A stretch of DNA of 58,942 nt from Acidimicrobiia bacterium (GCA_016871255.1 VFZH01000005.1:1-58942); one strand, 5' to 3'. Counted from the stretch's first letter, positions 1-10,269 are shown. Numbers and translations: made by a program. The notes: generated by a model not told the origin, from the sequence alone.

Positions 1-759
1 CACGTTGTTGATGAACAGCCCGCCGGCTTCCGTCTCCGCGCTCACCCCGCGGCTGGTTACGGTGACCTCTTCGACCGCCATGTTGTTGATCTGGTAATGG
101 CGCACGCCGACGCCGCCCGAGCCGATGCCCGAGAAGCTCATCCCGTCCAGCATCATCTTCGCGTCGTCGCCCGCGCTGCCGTGGACGCCGAACGTCGAGG
201 TGTTCTCGCCCGTGCTGCCTCCGACGTCCTGCTGCCCCGTCACCTTGGCGCCCAGGGTCAGGGCTCCGAAGGCGTTCACCGACTTCCCGGTCGGCAGCGC
301 ATCCTGCACCTCACGCGACAGCACGGTGCGCGTGCGCGTGTTCTGCACGTCCACCACCGGGTTCGCGCTGGTGACGGTAATCGTTTCTTCGAGTCCGCCG
401 ATCTTCATGTCGGCGTTGACCGTCGCCGTGAAGCCGGTGGTGAGCTCGAGGCCTTCGCGCCTGACGGTCGCGAACCCGGGGAGCGTGAACGTGACGACGT
501 ACTCGCCGGGACGCAGTTCGACGATCTTGTACTGCCCCTGCGCGTCGGTCACGGCGACGCGGACCTTCTCGATCAACGTGGGGCTGGCGGCCTCGACCGT
601 CACCCCGGGCAGAACCGCGCCGGTAGCGTCCCGCACGGCACCCGCGATGGCGCCGGTCGTGGCGGATTGCGCGGCTCCGGCGTCGGGGGTCAGCAGCACA
701 CCCAGCAGCACCCAGGCGACGAGGCCGGTCGCACGTGCGGAAGTCGAGCCGTGAGTCAT
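1..759 (-). CDS. TonB-dependent receptor, N-terminal part (CarboxypepD_reg-like domain); 3' end runs off the window
   Basis: Not in the ORF track because it is open at the window edge. Own translation from ATG at 759 gives MTHGSTSARATGLVAWVLLGVLL...AAQSATTGAIAGAVRDATGAVLPGVTVEAASPTLIEKVRVAVTDAQGQYKIVELRPGEYVVTFTLPGFATVRREG... It has a signal peptide and is colinear with the N-terminus of the complete receptor at 30352..33312. Confidence 0.85.
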   Translation of the reverse strand, partial: MTHGSTSARATGLVAWVLLGVLLTPDAGAAQSATTGAIAGAVRDATGAVLPGVTVEAASPTLIEKVRVAVTDAQGQYKIVELRPGEYVVTFTLPGFATVRREGLELTTGFTATVNADMKIGGLEETITVTSANPVVDVQNTRTRTVLSREVQDALPTGKSVNAFGALTLGAKVTGQQDVGGSTGENTSTFGVHGSAGDDAKMMLDGMSFSGIGSGGVGVRHYQINNMAVEEVTVTSRGVSAETEAGGLFINNV

Positions 760-928
760 CGTGAAGCCCTTCGAGAACAGGTGGACACAGGGCCGGGCGG
801 AGACAGGCACTGGCGGCGGCTCCGCCGGGCGGCGTACGGACGTCACGAGATCGTAGGGACCGCAATACACAGGAACAACGACATTTTTCGACTCTTTCAA
901 CAAGGTTCTGCGACATAATCGGCCGTCC

Positions 929-1846
929 ATGGAACTGCGGCACCTGCGCTACTTCGTCGCCGTCGCCGAAGAGGAGCACTTTGCCCGGGCGGCCGCGCGG
1001 CTCCACATCTCGGCCCCGCCGTTGAGCCAGCAGATCCGGGACCTGGAACGCGAGCTGGGGGTGTCTCTGTTCGAGCGGGTCGGCCGCCGCGTGCGGCTCA
1101 CGCCCGCCGGCCGCGCCCTTCGCGAGGACGCGATCAACGTGCTCGCGGAGGTGGATCGGAGCGTCCGGCGGGTCCAGGCCGCAGCGCGCGGAGACTACGG
1201 ACACCTTGCCCTGGCGTTCGCGGAAACCGGGAGCCTGGACCTGGTGCCCAGGTTCGCACTCCGGTTCCGCGAGCGGCATCCGGACGTCGAGCTGGAGCTC
1301 CTGCCGATGCCGATTCACACGCACATCGACGCGCTGCGGGCGCGGGAGATTACGGCAGCGGTCACCTTCGGCTTCGGGGAGCCTGCCGATGCGGACATCT
1401 CGTCGCAGGTGATGTACACCCAGCGGATGGGGCTGATCATGTCCCGCGATCATCCGCTGGCTGCGCGCCAGCGAATCGAGTCCCGCCTGCTGGCCGGCCA
1501 GCCCTTCGTCTGGGCGCGGCGCGATACGAGTCCGATCTTTCACGACTACGTCTCCGCCAGGATGGCCGAGCGGGGGTTGCACCTGCGGGTCGCCGTTCGC
1601 ACCACGACCTGGGAAGCCCGGTTGAGTCTGGTGGCGAGTGGGGCGGGGATCACGTTCGGCGGGCCGGTACAGGACCTGGAGGCCAGAGGCCTCGTCTACC
1701 GCCCGCTGACCGACGTCCGCGTGGACATCACCAGCCTGCTGATCTGGCGGCGCGAGGACGATCGGTCCCGGCTGCTCCTGTCCGTCCGCGAGATCCTGAG
1801 CGATCTCATGGTTCCGGCGCGACGTCGCCGGGCCGTCGCCGGCTGA
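929..1846 (+). CDS. LysR-family transcriptional regulator
   Basis: N-terminus MELRHLRYFVAVAEEEHFARAAARLHISAPPLSQQIRDLERELGVSLFERVGRRVRLTPAG is the canonical LysR HTH. Length is 305 aa. Divergent from the receptor gene at 1..759. Confidence 0.9.
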   Translation: MELRHLRYFVAVAEEEHFARAAARLHISAPPLSQQIRDLERELGVSLFERVGRRVRLTPAGRALREDAINVLAEVDRSVRRVQAAARGDYGHLALAFAETGSLDLVPRFALRFRERHPDVELELLPMPIHTHIDALRAREITAAVTFGFGEPADADISSQVMYTQRMGLIMSRDHPLAARQRIESRLLAGQPFVWARRDTSPIFHDYVSARMAERGLHLRVAVRTTTWEARLSLVASGAGITFGGPVQDLEARGLVYRPLTDVRVDITSLLIWRREDDRSRLLLSVREILSDLMVPARRRRAVAG

Positions 1847-1858
1847 CGTCGCGCGCGT

Positions 1859-2746
1859 CTACTGCCCGCCCTGCACGATGCGGCCGCTGGTGACGAACCG
1901 CCGGTAGTCGGTGAATTCCTGCCGCACCCGCAGCTGCGGCACGCCCGAGTGACGGATGACGGTCAGCGATTCCACGAGCCGGGGCATCAGAATCGTCTCG
2001 GGCGGATCCGTGAAGGTCACGCGCCGGTAGCGGATCGACGTGTCCGACCGCTCGATGATCAGATGCGGACTGCCGCCGAACCGCTGCTGCTCCGGGGGCA
2101 CCGGCACGTCCACCAGGCCTCGCAGGCGCTCATCGAGCCGCAACACCTCCCCCGTCTGCTCGTCGAGCCAGACACGCCCGGTGCTCCGCCCCGGAACCTC
2201 GATCGTCACGCACTCGTCCTTCCAGGTGGTTTCGACCGGGCCCCGGGTCACGGACCGGAAGTCGAGCATCGCAGCCGTGCGGCCGTCCACCCGCTCGGTC
2301 CCCGCGAACTCGAACGCGTAGTCCTGGTGCTTCTCGGGCAGGAACATGGCGAGCGGCTCGGGCGACACCGCCTTCGGATCCATACAGCCCGGTTCATCGC
2401 CCGGCCGGGGAGGCCGGCCGTCCACGCGGAGCAGCGTGCGCAGGATCTGCGCCGCGGGCCCGCCGTCGTCGCCGGGCGCCCACTCGACGCGGAGCTCGTA
2501 CTCGAGCCGCCGCGCGCGGTCGGACGGCATCAAATCCCTGGCCAGCGGCTGCAGCGTCACGCGCTCGCGCGCCACGATCGACTGCGCCCGGTCCACGTAC
2601 CGGCGCACGTAGCGGGCAGCACGCGCCAGCAGCACGACAGGATCGTCGGATGCAGCCGCACCCGCAGAAATACTGTCCGCGGGGACGACTCCGGCCGGCG
2701 CGGCCAGCGTGGCCGCCAGGACGGCTGCAAATAGGCGCTCGCGCAC
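1859..2746 (-). CDS. Secreted hypothetical protein
   Basis: 295-aa ORF with a GTG start, an Ala/Leu-rich signal peptide (MRERLFAAVLAATLAAPAG) and G/C-rich third positions. No family recognised. Confidence 0.6.
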   Translation of the reverse strand: MRERLFAAVLAATLAAPAGVVPADSISAGAAASDDPVVLLARAARYVRRYVDRAQSIVARERVTLQPLARDLMPSDRARRLEYELRVEWAPGDDGGPAAQILRTLLRVDGRPPRPGDEPGCMDPKAVSPEPLAMFLPEKHQDYAFEFAGTERVDGRTAAMLDFRSVTRGPVETTWKDECVTIEVPGRSTGRVWLDEQTGEVLRLDERLRGLVDVPVPPEQQRFGGSPHLIIERSDTSIRYRRVTFTDPPETILMPRLVESLTVIRHSGVPQLRVRQEFTDYRRFVTSGRIVQGGQ

Positions 2747-2870
2747 GGGTGACCTTCGCGTAAACTGACGTCAGACGCCGCGACCCTAATCTACTTCACC
2801 GTCTGCCGGCCCGCGGCGCGCTCCTTGCCGCAGAGCCGGCTGGCGGGTGCGCCGCCCGGAAGGAGCTCAC

Positions 2871-3359
2871 ATGGTTCCGAAGTCCGTCCTCGTGCTGCTC
2901 ACGGTCGTCCTCGCGGGCGTCGCTGCCGCCCCTGCGATGACCGCCGAAGATCCGACTCCGAACCTCGATGGCTTCTACCTGTGCGACGGCGTCAACCCCG
3001 AGGGCAACCCGTATCGCGGCTTCGTCGAGATCGTCAAGGCCCAGAATACGTTCCATCTCCGCTGGACCTTCCCCCAGAGCCGGGACTCGGCCATGGGCAT
3101 CGGCATCGTCAGCAACGGCGTGCTCGCCGTCAGCTACTACGGCGGAACCACGGCGGGCGTCGTGGTCTACAAGATCGACGCCGGGTCCAAGATGGTCGGC
3201 GAATGGACGGTGGCGGGCACCAACGGCAGCGTCTACAAGGAAACGCTGACGCGCCTGCCGGGCAAGCCGGCGATGCCGGAGGACCGGGATCACACTCCGT
3301 CGGAGCGTCCGCGCCGGTCGCAGCCGCGCAACGACCCCGGACGGATCATCCAGGGGTGA
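2871..3359 (+). CDS. Secreted hypothetical protein
   Basis: ATG at 2871 is preceded by GGAAGGAG (2858-2865). Signal peptide MVPKSVLVLLTVVLAGVAAAPA. The track ORF starts earlier, at GTG 2847. Confidence 0.6.
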   Translation: MVPKSVLVLLTVVLAGVAAAPAMTAEDPTPNLDGFYLCDGVNPEGNPYRGFVEIVKAQNTFHLRWTFPQSRDSAMGIGIVSNGVLAVSYYGGTTAGVVVYKIDAGSKMVGEWTVAGTNGSVYKETLTRLPGKPAMPEDRDHTPSERPRRSQPRNDPGRIIQG

Positions 3360-3437
3360 GCGCGATCTGACCCTGGTCCGCCATCGGGCCCGGTTGCTCC
3401 CGGGCCCGTTCGTCCCTTCCCGTCCCGCGCTCCCGGC

Positions 3438-4196
3438 ATGACTGCGGCGCTGATCGAGTTCGCCGCCGCGTTTGCCGCCGGTGCCGTCAACTCGGTGGCC
3501 GGGGGCGGCACCCTCATCACCTTCCCGACCCTCGTCTGGCTCGGGCTGCCCTCGATCACGGCCAACGCCACCAACACCGTCGCCATCTGGCCCGGATCCA
3601 TCGGCGCCATGTGGGGGTACCGGCGCGAGCTGCGCACGACGCCCGCACCGCTCTGGGTGCTGGCCATCCCGAGCACCGCAGGCGGGATGATGGGCGCGAT
3701 CCTGCTCCAGTTGACGCCGACGGAGCTGTTCGATCGCTTCGTGCCGATCCTCGTTCTGTTTGCCACGCTGCTGTTCATGGCGCAGGACGCCCTGCAGCGC
3801 CGGCTCGGGCTCGACGCGCGCGCACCGCGGGACCACGGCTGGCAGGCGGGCGCGATCGTCTTCCAGTTCGCCGTCGGCCTGTACGGCGGCTACTTCGGCG
3901 CCGGCATCGGCATCCTGATGCTGGCGGCGCTCAGCCTGCTGGGCCTGCGCGACATCCACGAGATGAACGGCGTGAAGAACCTGCTGGGGCTGTGCATCAA
4001 CGGCACCGCCGCGATCTACTTCGTGGCCATGGACATGGTGGCGTGGCCGGCGGTGTTCGCCATGGCCGGCGGGGCGATCGCCGGAGGCATCGGCGGCGCC
4101 GGCATGGCCCGGCGCATCGGCCCGAAGGCCGTTCGCCGGATCGTCGTCGGCGTCGGCTTCGGCATGACCGGGCTGATGGCGCTCCGCCTGTGGTGA
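3438..4196 (+). CDS. TauE/SafE (DUF81) family anion-exporter-like membrane protein
   Basis: 252 aa and polytopic. The N-terminal motif AGAVNSVAGGGTLITFPTLVWLGLP and the repeated hydrophobic halves are typical of TauE/SafE. Confidence 0.85.
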   Translation: MTAALIEFAAAFAAGAVNSVAGGGTLITFPTLVWLGLPSITANATNTVAIWPGSIGAMWGYRRELRTTPAPLWVLAIPSTAGGMMGAILLQLTPTELFDRFVPILVLFATLLFMAQDALQRRLGLDARAPRDHGWQAGAIVFQFAVGLYGGYFGAGIGILMLAALSLLGLRDIHEMNGVKNLLGLCINGTAAIYFVAMDMVAWPAVFAMAGGAIAGGIGGAGMARRIGPKAVRRIVVGVGFGMTGLMALRLW

Positions 4197-4198
4197 GC

Positions 4199-4385
4199 GC
4201 GCGGACGCGAAATCCCGAAGCCCAGAACCCGAATCCCAGACCAACTCCCAACGCCCGAATCCCAACGGGGCCAGTGTGCGCCTGCCGACTCCTTGGAGGT
4301 CGGGGCATTGGGATGTGGGATGCGGGACTTGACTTGGGATGTCGGATGCGGAGTGTGGGATTTGGACCCTCCCGTGCGTCCGCGC
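4199..4385. repeat. Family-B palindromic element: (AATCCCR)n arm, central hairpin, (YGGGATT)n arm, with 10-bp terminal inverted repeats
   Basis: GCGCGGACGC at 4199-4208 is the reverse complement of GCGTCCGCGC at 4376-4385. The left arm has 7 CCC tracts (4209-4266). The right arm has 5 GGG tracts (4306-4355). Confidence 0.85.
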
Positions 4386-4398
4386 ATACACTGTCTCC

Positions 4399-4980
4399 AT
4401 GGTGCTCACCCCTTCGACCATGCTCGACATCGGCACGGCGCTGCCTCCGTTCCGTCTTCCGGACACCAGCGGGAGAGAGGTGTCCGATCGCGACTTCGCG
4501 GACGCGAAGGGGCTGCTCGTCGCCTTCGTCTCGGTGCACTGCCCGTTCGTCAAGCTGATCCAGGACGAACTGGGGCGGTTCGGGGCCGAGTACCAGCCGA
4601 AGGGGCTGGCCATCGTGGCGATCGGCTCGAACGACCTGGCCACCTATCCCATGGACGGTCCGGAAGGCATGCGGCGGCAGGCCAGCGCCTGCGGCTGGAC
4701 GTTTCCCTGCCTGCTGGACGAGACGCAGGAGGTGGCGAAGGCGTTCCGGGCAGCCTGCACACCCGACTTCTTCCTGTTCGACGGCGACGGCACACTGGCG
4801 TACCGCGGGCAGTTCGACAGCAGCCGGCCGGGCAGTGGCATCGCACCAACCGGCGCCGACCTGCGGGCGGCCGCGGACGCGGTGCTTGCGGGCACAGCCG
4901 TGAGCGCGACGCAGAAGCCCAGCATCGGGTGCAACATCAAGTGGCGGGCCGGGAACGAGCCGCCCTGGTTCGGAGCCTGA
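4399..4980 (+). CDS. Thioredoxin-fold thiol-disulfide oxidoreductase (AhpC/TSA-like)
   Basis: MVLTPSTMLDIGTALPPFRLPDTSGREVSDRDFADAKGLLVAFVSVHCPFV... shows the typical redoxin N-terminus with a single active-site Cys context. The upstream in-frame ATG at 4339 lies inside the repeat and is less likely. Confidence 0.8.
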   Translation: MVLTPSTMLDIGTALPPFRLPDTSGREVSDRDFADAKGLLVAFVSVHCPFVKLIQDELGRFGAEYQPKGLAIVAIGSNDLATYPMDGPEGMRRQASACGWTFPCLLDETQEVAKAFRAACTPDFFLFDGDGTLAYRGQFDSSRPGSGIAPTGADLRAAADAVLAGTAVSATQKPSIGCNIKWRAGNEPPWFGA

Positions 4981-4995
4981 TTCCCCCAGGCGCGA

Positions 4996-6147
4996 TCAGA
5001 GCCGGCGCAACCGCCCGGCCGCGGCTTCCAGCGTCTCGTCCCGCTTCGCGAAGCAGAACCGGATCGTGGTCCCGGCCTCCGCCGTGTACAGGAACGGCGA
5101 CAGCGGAATCGCGGCCACGCCGCACTCGGCAATCAGGCGCTCGGCGAACGCGTGGTCCGGCTCGCTGGTCACGCGCGAGTAGTCCATCAGCTGGAAGAAC
5201 GTCCCGCGGCACGGCAGCGGTACGAGCTTCGAGCCGGCCAGCAGGCCGAGGAACAGGTTCCGCTTCCGCTCGTAGAACGCCGCCACCTCCCGGCACTCGG
5301 GATCGCGCCGGACGACGTCCGCGTACGCGAGCTGCACGGCGCCGTTCACGGCATAGGTCACCCACTGGTGCACGCGCCGGATCTCGGCCGTCAGCGCCGC
5401 CGGGGCGGCCGCGTAGCCGACCTTCCAGCCGGTCGTGCTGTAGGTCTTGCCGAACGAGCTGATGACCACGGCCCGCGACGACACGTCGGGATCGCGTGCC
5501 AGGCTCTCGTGCCTGGCCCCGTCGAACACGATGTGTTCGTACACCTCGTCGGACACCGCATAGGCGTCCGTGCCGGCGAGCACCTGCCGGAGCTGCTGCA
5601 GATCCTGCCAGTCGAGGATCGTCCCCGACGGGTTGTGCGGCGAGTTGAGGACGAGCAGCCTCGTCTTCGGCCCGATGGCCCGTCGCACGTCGTCCCAGTC
5701 GATGCGGTAGTCCCGCGCGCCGAGCGGCACGAACACGGGCGTCCCCCCGGCCAGCTGAATCGCCGGCACGTACGAGTCGTACACCGGCTCGAAGACGATG
5801 ACCTCGTCGCCGGAGTGGACGAGCGCCAGGATGGTGCTGAACAGCGCCTCGGTCGCGCCCGACGTGACGGTGATCTCGGTCTCCGGATCGTACCGGCGAC
5901 CGTAGAGATGGCGGATCTTCGCCGCCAGCGCCTCCCTGAGCTCCGGCACGCCGGCCATCGCCACGTACTGGTTGTGCCCCTCGCGCATCCGGGCCGCCAC
6001 GGCGTCCACCAGCGCGGGATCGCAGTCGAAATCCGGAAACCCCTGTGAGAGGTTGATGGCACCGTGTTCCGCGGTCAGACGCGTCATCACGGTGAAGATG
6101 GAATCGCCAGACGCGAGCTTCGACCGGGGATCGGGAGCGCGGCTCAT
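4996..6147 (-). CDS. Class I/II aminotransferase (methionine-aminotransferase/YbdL-like)
   Basis: MSRAPDPRSKLASGDSIFTVMTRLTAEHGAINLSQGFPDFDCDP..., NSPHNPSG and SFGKTYSTTGWKVGY (PLP-Lys motif). Start ATG at 6147 overlaps the upstream stop (ATGA). The track ORF is N-terminally over-extended. Confidence 0.9.
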   Translation of the reverse strand: MSRAPDPRSKLASGDSIFTVMTRLTAEHGAINLSQGFPDFDCDPALVDAVAARMREGHNQYVAMAGVPELREALAAKIRHLYGRRYDPETEITVTSGATEALFSTILALVHSGDEVIVFEPVYDSYVPAIQLAGGTPVFVPLGARDYRIDWDDVRRAIGPKTRLLVLNSPHNPSGTILDWQDLQQLRQVLAGTDAYAVSDEVYEHIVFDGARHESLARDPDVSSRAVVISSFGKTYSTTGWKVGYAAAPAALTAEIRRVHQWVTYAVNGAVQLAYADVVRRDPECREVAAFYERKRNLFLGLLAGSKLVPLPCRGTFFQLMDYSRVTSEPDHAFAERLIAECGVAAIPLSPFLYTAEAGTTIRFCFAKRDETLEAAAGRLRRL

Positions 6148-6425
6148 CGCTCTTCTCCCCCTCCGGTTCCGTTCTCCTCGGGCTCGAGCAGCTCCTCGGG
6201 TTGCCTGAGCGACGCCAGGGGGTACTTCCGTCTCAGCGCCACGACGCGGTCGTAGTAGCCGGCCTTCGGGATCTCGCGGCGCACGAGCCGGTCGCGCAGG
6301 CGGCGCAGCTCGAACCGGTACAGGTCGCGGACGAACTCCTGGACGACGGCGGGTGGGGTGTGGCCGGCTGGACGCACACCGTGCGCCAGCAGTTGATCGA
6401 CCAGGTCGCGTCGATAGCGGTACAT
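6144..6425 (-). CDS. Small hypothetical protein (93 aa), masked in the track by a longer spurious ORF
   Basis: MYRYRRDLVDQLLAHGVRPAGHTPPAVVQEFVRDLYRFELRRLRDRLVRREIPKAGYYDRVVALRRKYPLASLRQPEELLEPEENGTGGGEER. Codon use matches the neighbours (CTG, GAC, CGC, GAG, TTC, TAC). Its stop overlaps the aminotransferase ATG, and its last codons contain that gene's GGAGGGGGAG SD. Confidence 0.55.
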   Translation of the reverse strand: MYRYRRDLVDQLLAHGVRPAGHTPPAVVQEFVRDLYRFELRRLRDRLVRREIPKAGYYDRVVALRRKYPLASLRQPEELLEPEENGTGGGEER

Positions 6426-6440
6426 CGTCAACCGGGACAA

Positions 6441-6497
6441 AGCGAACCGGGCTGGATACTCGATCGGCCTGCCCGCGCAAATCCAGCCCGGTTCGCT
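6441..6497 (-). terminator. Perfect 17-bp stem-loop between ahcY and the small ORF (attenuator, processing site or weak terminator)
   Basis: AGCGAACCGGGCTGGAT (6441-6457) is the reverse complement of ATCCAGCCCGGTTCGCT (6481-6497), with a 23-nt loop. No clear U-tract follows on the minus strand. Confidence 0.4.
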
Positions 6498-6514
6498 GTT
6501 CCCGGCAGCTGGTC

Positions 6515-8017
<1,503 letters not shown>

Positions 8018-8314
8018 CTCCCTAGACTCCTCAGCGTGGGTGCGAGGCGCTCCACGTGCCTCGACAGGACGGGTGTACAGGATAAACCAACCAGCCACCA
8101 GAGGGTCTCGTTCCCCCCGGGCGGCGACGTCCGGCGCCCCCCGGGCCTGGGGTGCCGACCGTGCTGCGGGGAGAACGACGCCGGTGACCGTCCGACCGCC
8201 CCGGCCGGAATGCCCAGGCAAAGGGACGTCGCGGCCCAGTGGGACGGACCGAGTGGACCGCGTCGCGGGCCGAGCGCCACCACGCAGTCGCCAGGAGCCG
8301 GCTCCGGCGGCCTC

Positions 8315-10219
8315 TCAGTCCGGAGCGCCGGCCGGCTGCGGGGCGGCAAGGTCGCCCCTGCCATCCAGCGTGCGTTCCAGCTCGCCCACCAGCGCGTCCA
8401 GCTCGGCGACGACGGCGCTCACCGTGTCCGGCCGCGTCAGGTCCACGCCAGCCTTCGCGAGCAGCCGGATGGGGTAGTCGCTCCCGCCCGCGCTCAGCAG
8501 GTCGAGGTAGCGCCGCACCGCCCCGGCCCGCTGGCCCTCGTTCGACGACCGGAGGTCCCGCATCAGCCAGGCGGTGGACGCGAAGCAGGTCGCGTACTGG
8601 TAGACGTAGTACGGCGTGGCGAAGAAGTGGGGGATCCGCGCCCAGGTCACCCGCGAGATCTCCTCGGCGTCGATCGCATCGCCGTAGTAGGCGTTGAGCA
8701 GCGCCCCGTAGATCGCGTTGAGCGTGTCGGCGGTGACCGGCTGGTCCTGCTCGACGAGGCGATGCGCCTGCAGTTCGCAGTCGGCGAAAAGGACCTGCGT
8801 GAAGAACGTCCCCGCGATGCTGTCGATCGCGTGCTGCAGCAGCACGACGCGCTCCTCCGGGCTGGTGGCGCGGGCCAGCATGAAGTCGAGGAAGAGCGCT
8901 TCGCTCAGCGTGGACGGCACCTCGGCCACGAAGATCTCGTAGGCGGCGTAGCGGAAGGGCTGCGCCCGGTGCGCGAGCAGCGTGTGCATCGAGTGGCCCA
9001 TCTCGTGGGCCAGCGTGAACACGGCGTCGAGCGTCTCGTTGTAGTTGAGCAGCATGTACGGGTGCGCCCCGTACACCGGGGCCGAATACGCGCCGCTCCG
9101 CTTGCCGCCGTGCTCGAAGACGTCGATCCAGCGATCCTCGAAGGCCTGCGTGACGTGGCGCTGGTACTCGCTCCCCAGCGGGGCGGCGGACGCCACCACC
9201 CACTCCAGCACCTCGTCGTAGGCGTACCGGCGATCCACGGCGGCCAGCGGCACGGCCGTGTCGAACAGCTTGTACTCCTGCACCCCGAGCGCGCGTTTCC
9301 GCAGGGCGTGATAGCGCCGGAGCGGCGCCACCCCGTCGCGGGCGACCCCGATCAGGGTCTCCACCACCGACGTGGGGATGTCGTTGGCGTGCAGCGCCGC
9401 CTCCAGCGTGGACCGGTACCCGCGGGCGCGCGCCGTGAACCAGTCGCGCTGGAGCACGCCGTTGTACAGGGTCGCGAACGTGTTCAGCGTGCCGGCGAAC
9501 GTGCCGTGAAACGCCCGGTAGGCCGCCGCCCGGTCCTCCTGGTTGCGGTTCGTCTCCAGCAGGGCCCGGTAGTTGCCGTAGGTCAGCGTGACCGTTTCTC
9601 CTGCCGCCAGCGTGATGGTCGGGTAGGTCACGTCTGCCGTCGTCAACGCGGTGTACGCTTCGTTCGGCACCCCGGCGAAGCGGCCGGCATAAGAGAGCAG
9701 CCGCTCGCCCTGTGCGTCGAGCACGTGCTCCTGCTCGTGGAACAGGCTCTCGATCGCGAACCGGTACACCGCCAGATCCGGATCCGCCTCCATCCAGGCC
9801 TGAATCGTGTCGAGCGGGACGGCCAGCAGCTCCGGGTTGAACCAGGAGGTGGCCTGCGCGTGTTTCGAGAAGAGGATCTGGACGCGCTGGCGCCGGGCGT
9901 TGATGGTGTTGTCGCGCTGGTCCTGGTCGTAGGTGAGCGCGGCGAAGTACCACACGCGGTACATCAGGGCCTCGGCCCGGTCCTGGGCACCCAGGGCCGC
10001 CAGCAGGGCCGCGCCGTCGCGGCCCAGCGTGCCTTCGAACGCGGGCATCGCCGCGATGGCCGTCTCGAGCTCCTGGTAGCACGCCTCCCAGTCGTCCCAG
10101 CCGCGACAGATCGCGGAGAGATCCCAGGTGTAGCGCTCGGGAATGGCAGACCGCAGGGTCTCGGCGCCGGCCCGGGGCCGAAATATTGACGATTGGAGAT
10201 TGGTGATTGAGGATTTCAT
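8315..10219 (-). CDS. pepF: Oligoendopeptidase F (M3B family)
   Basis: HEMGH zinc motif and length are typical. IPERYTWDLS near the N-terminus is typical of PepF. The only in-frame ATG is at 10219, inside a family-A array. Confidence 0.9.
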   Translation of the reverse strand: MKSSITNLQSSIFRPRAGAETLRSAIPERYTWDLSAICRGWDDWEACYQELETAIAAMPAFEGTLGRDGAALLAALGAQDRAEALMYRVWYFAALTYDQDQRDNTINARRQRVQILFSKHAQATSWFNPELLAVPLDTIQAWMEADPDLAVYRFAIESLFHEQEHVLDAQGERLLSYAGRFAGVPNEAYTALTTADVTYPTITLAAGETVTLTYGNYRALLETNRNQEDRAAAYRAFHGTFAGTLNTFATLYNGVLQRDWFTARARGYRSTLEAALHANDIPTSVVETLIGVARDGVAPLRRYHALRKRALGVQEYKLFDTAVPLAAVDRRYAYDEVLEWVVASAAPLGSEYQRHVTQAFEDRWIDVFEHGGKRSGAYSAPVYGAHPYMLLNYNETLDAVFTLAHEMGHSMHTLLAHRAQPFRYAAYEIFVAEVPSTLSEALFLDFMLARATSPEERVVLLQHAIDSIAGTFFTQVLFADCELQAHRLVEQDQPVTADTLNAIYGALLNAYYGDAIDAEEISRVTWARIPHFFATPYYVYQYATCFASTAWLMRDLRSSNEGQRAGAVRRYLDLLSAGGSDYPIRLLAKAGVDLTRPDTVSAVVAELDALVGELERTLDGRGDLAAPQPAGAPD

Positions 10220-10250
10220 TGACGATTGGCGATTGGCGATTGGCGATCGG
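10185..10250 (-). repeat. Family-A array (CAATCNC on the minus strand) spanning the pepF start codon
   Basis: Plus strand reads attgacgattggagattggtgattgaggatttcattgacgattggcgattggcgattggcgatcgg. Confidence 0.9.
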
Positions 10251-10269
10251 CGACCCGCAGCGTGATCCT

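Noticed and set aside
8018-8314. An SAH riboswitch upstream of ahcY.
   Set aside because: Inspection of the minus strand by eye found a CGAGGC..GCCTCG hairpin containing GGAGCGCC. It did not find the conserved P2/P4 pseudoknot partners (GCUGC..GCAG, AACGGCGCUC). A covariance-model search is needed before any claim.
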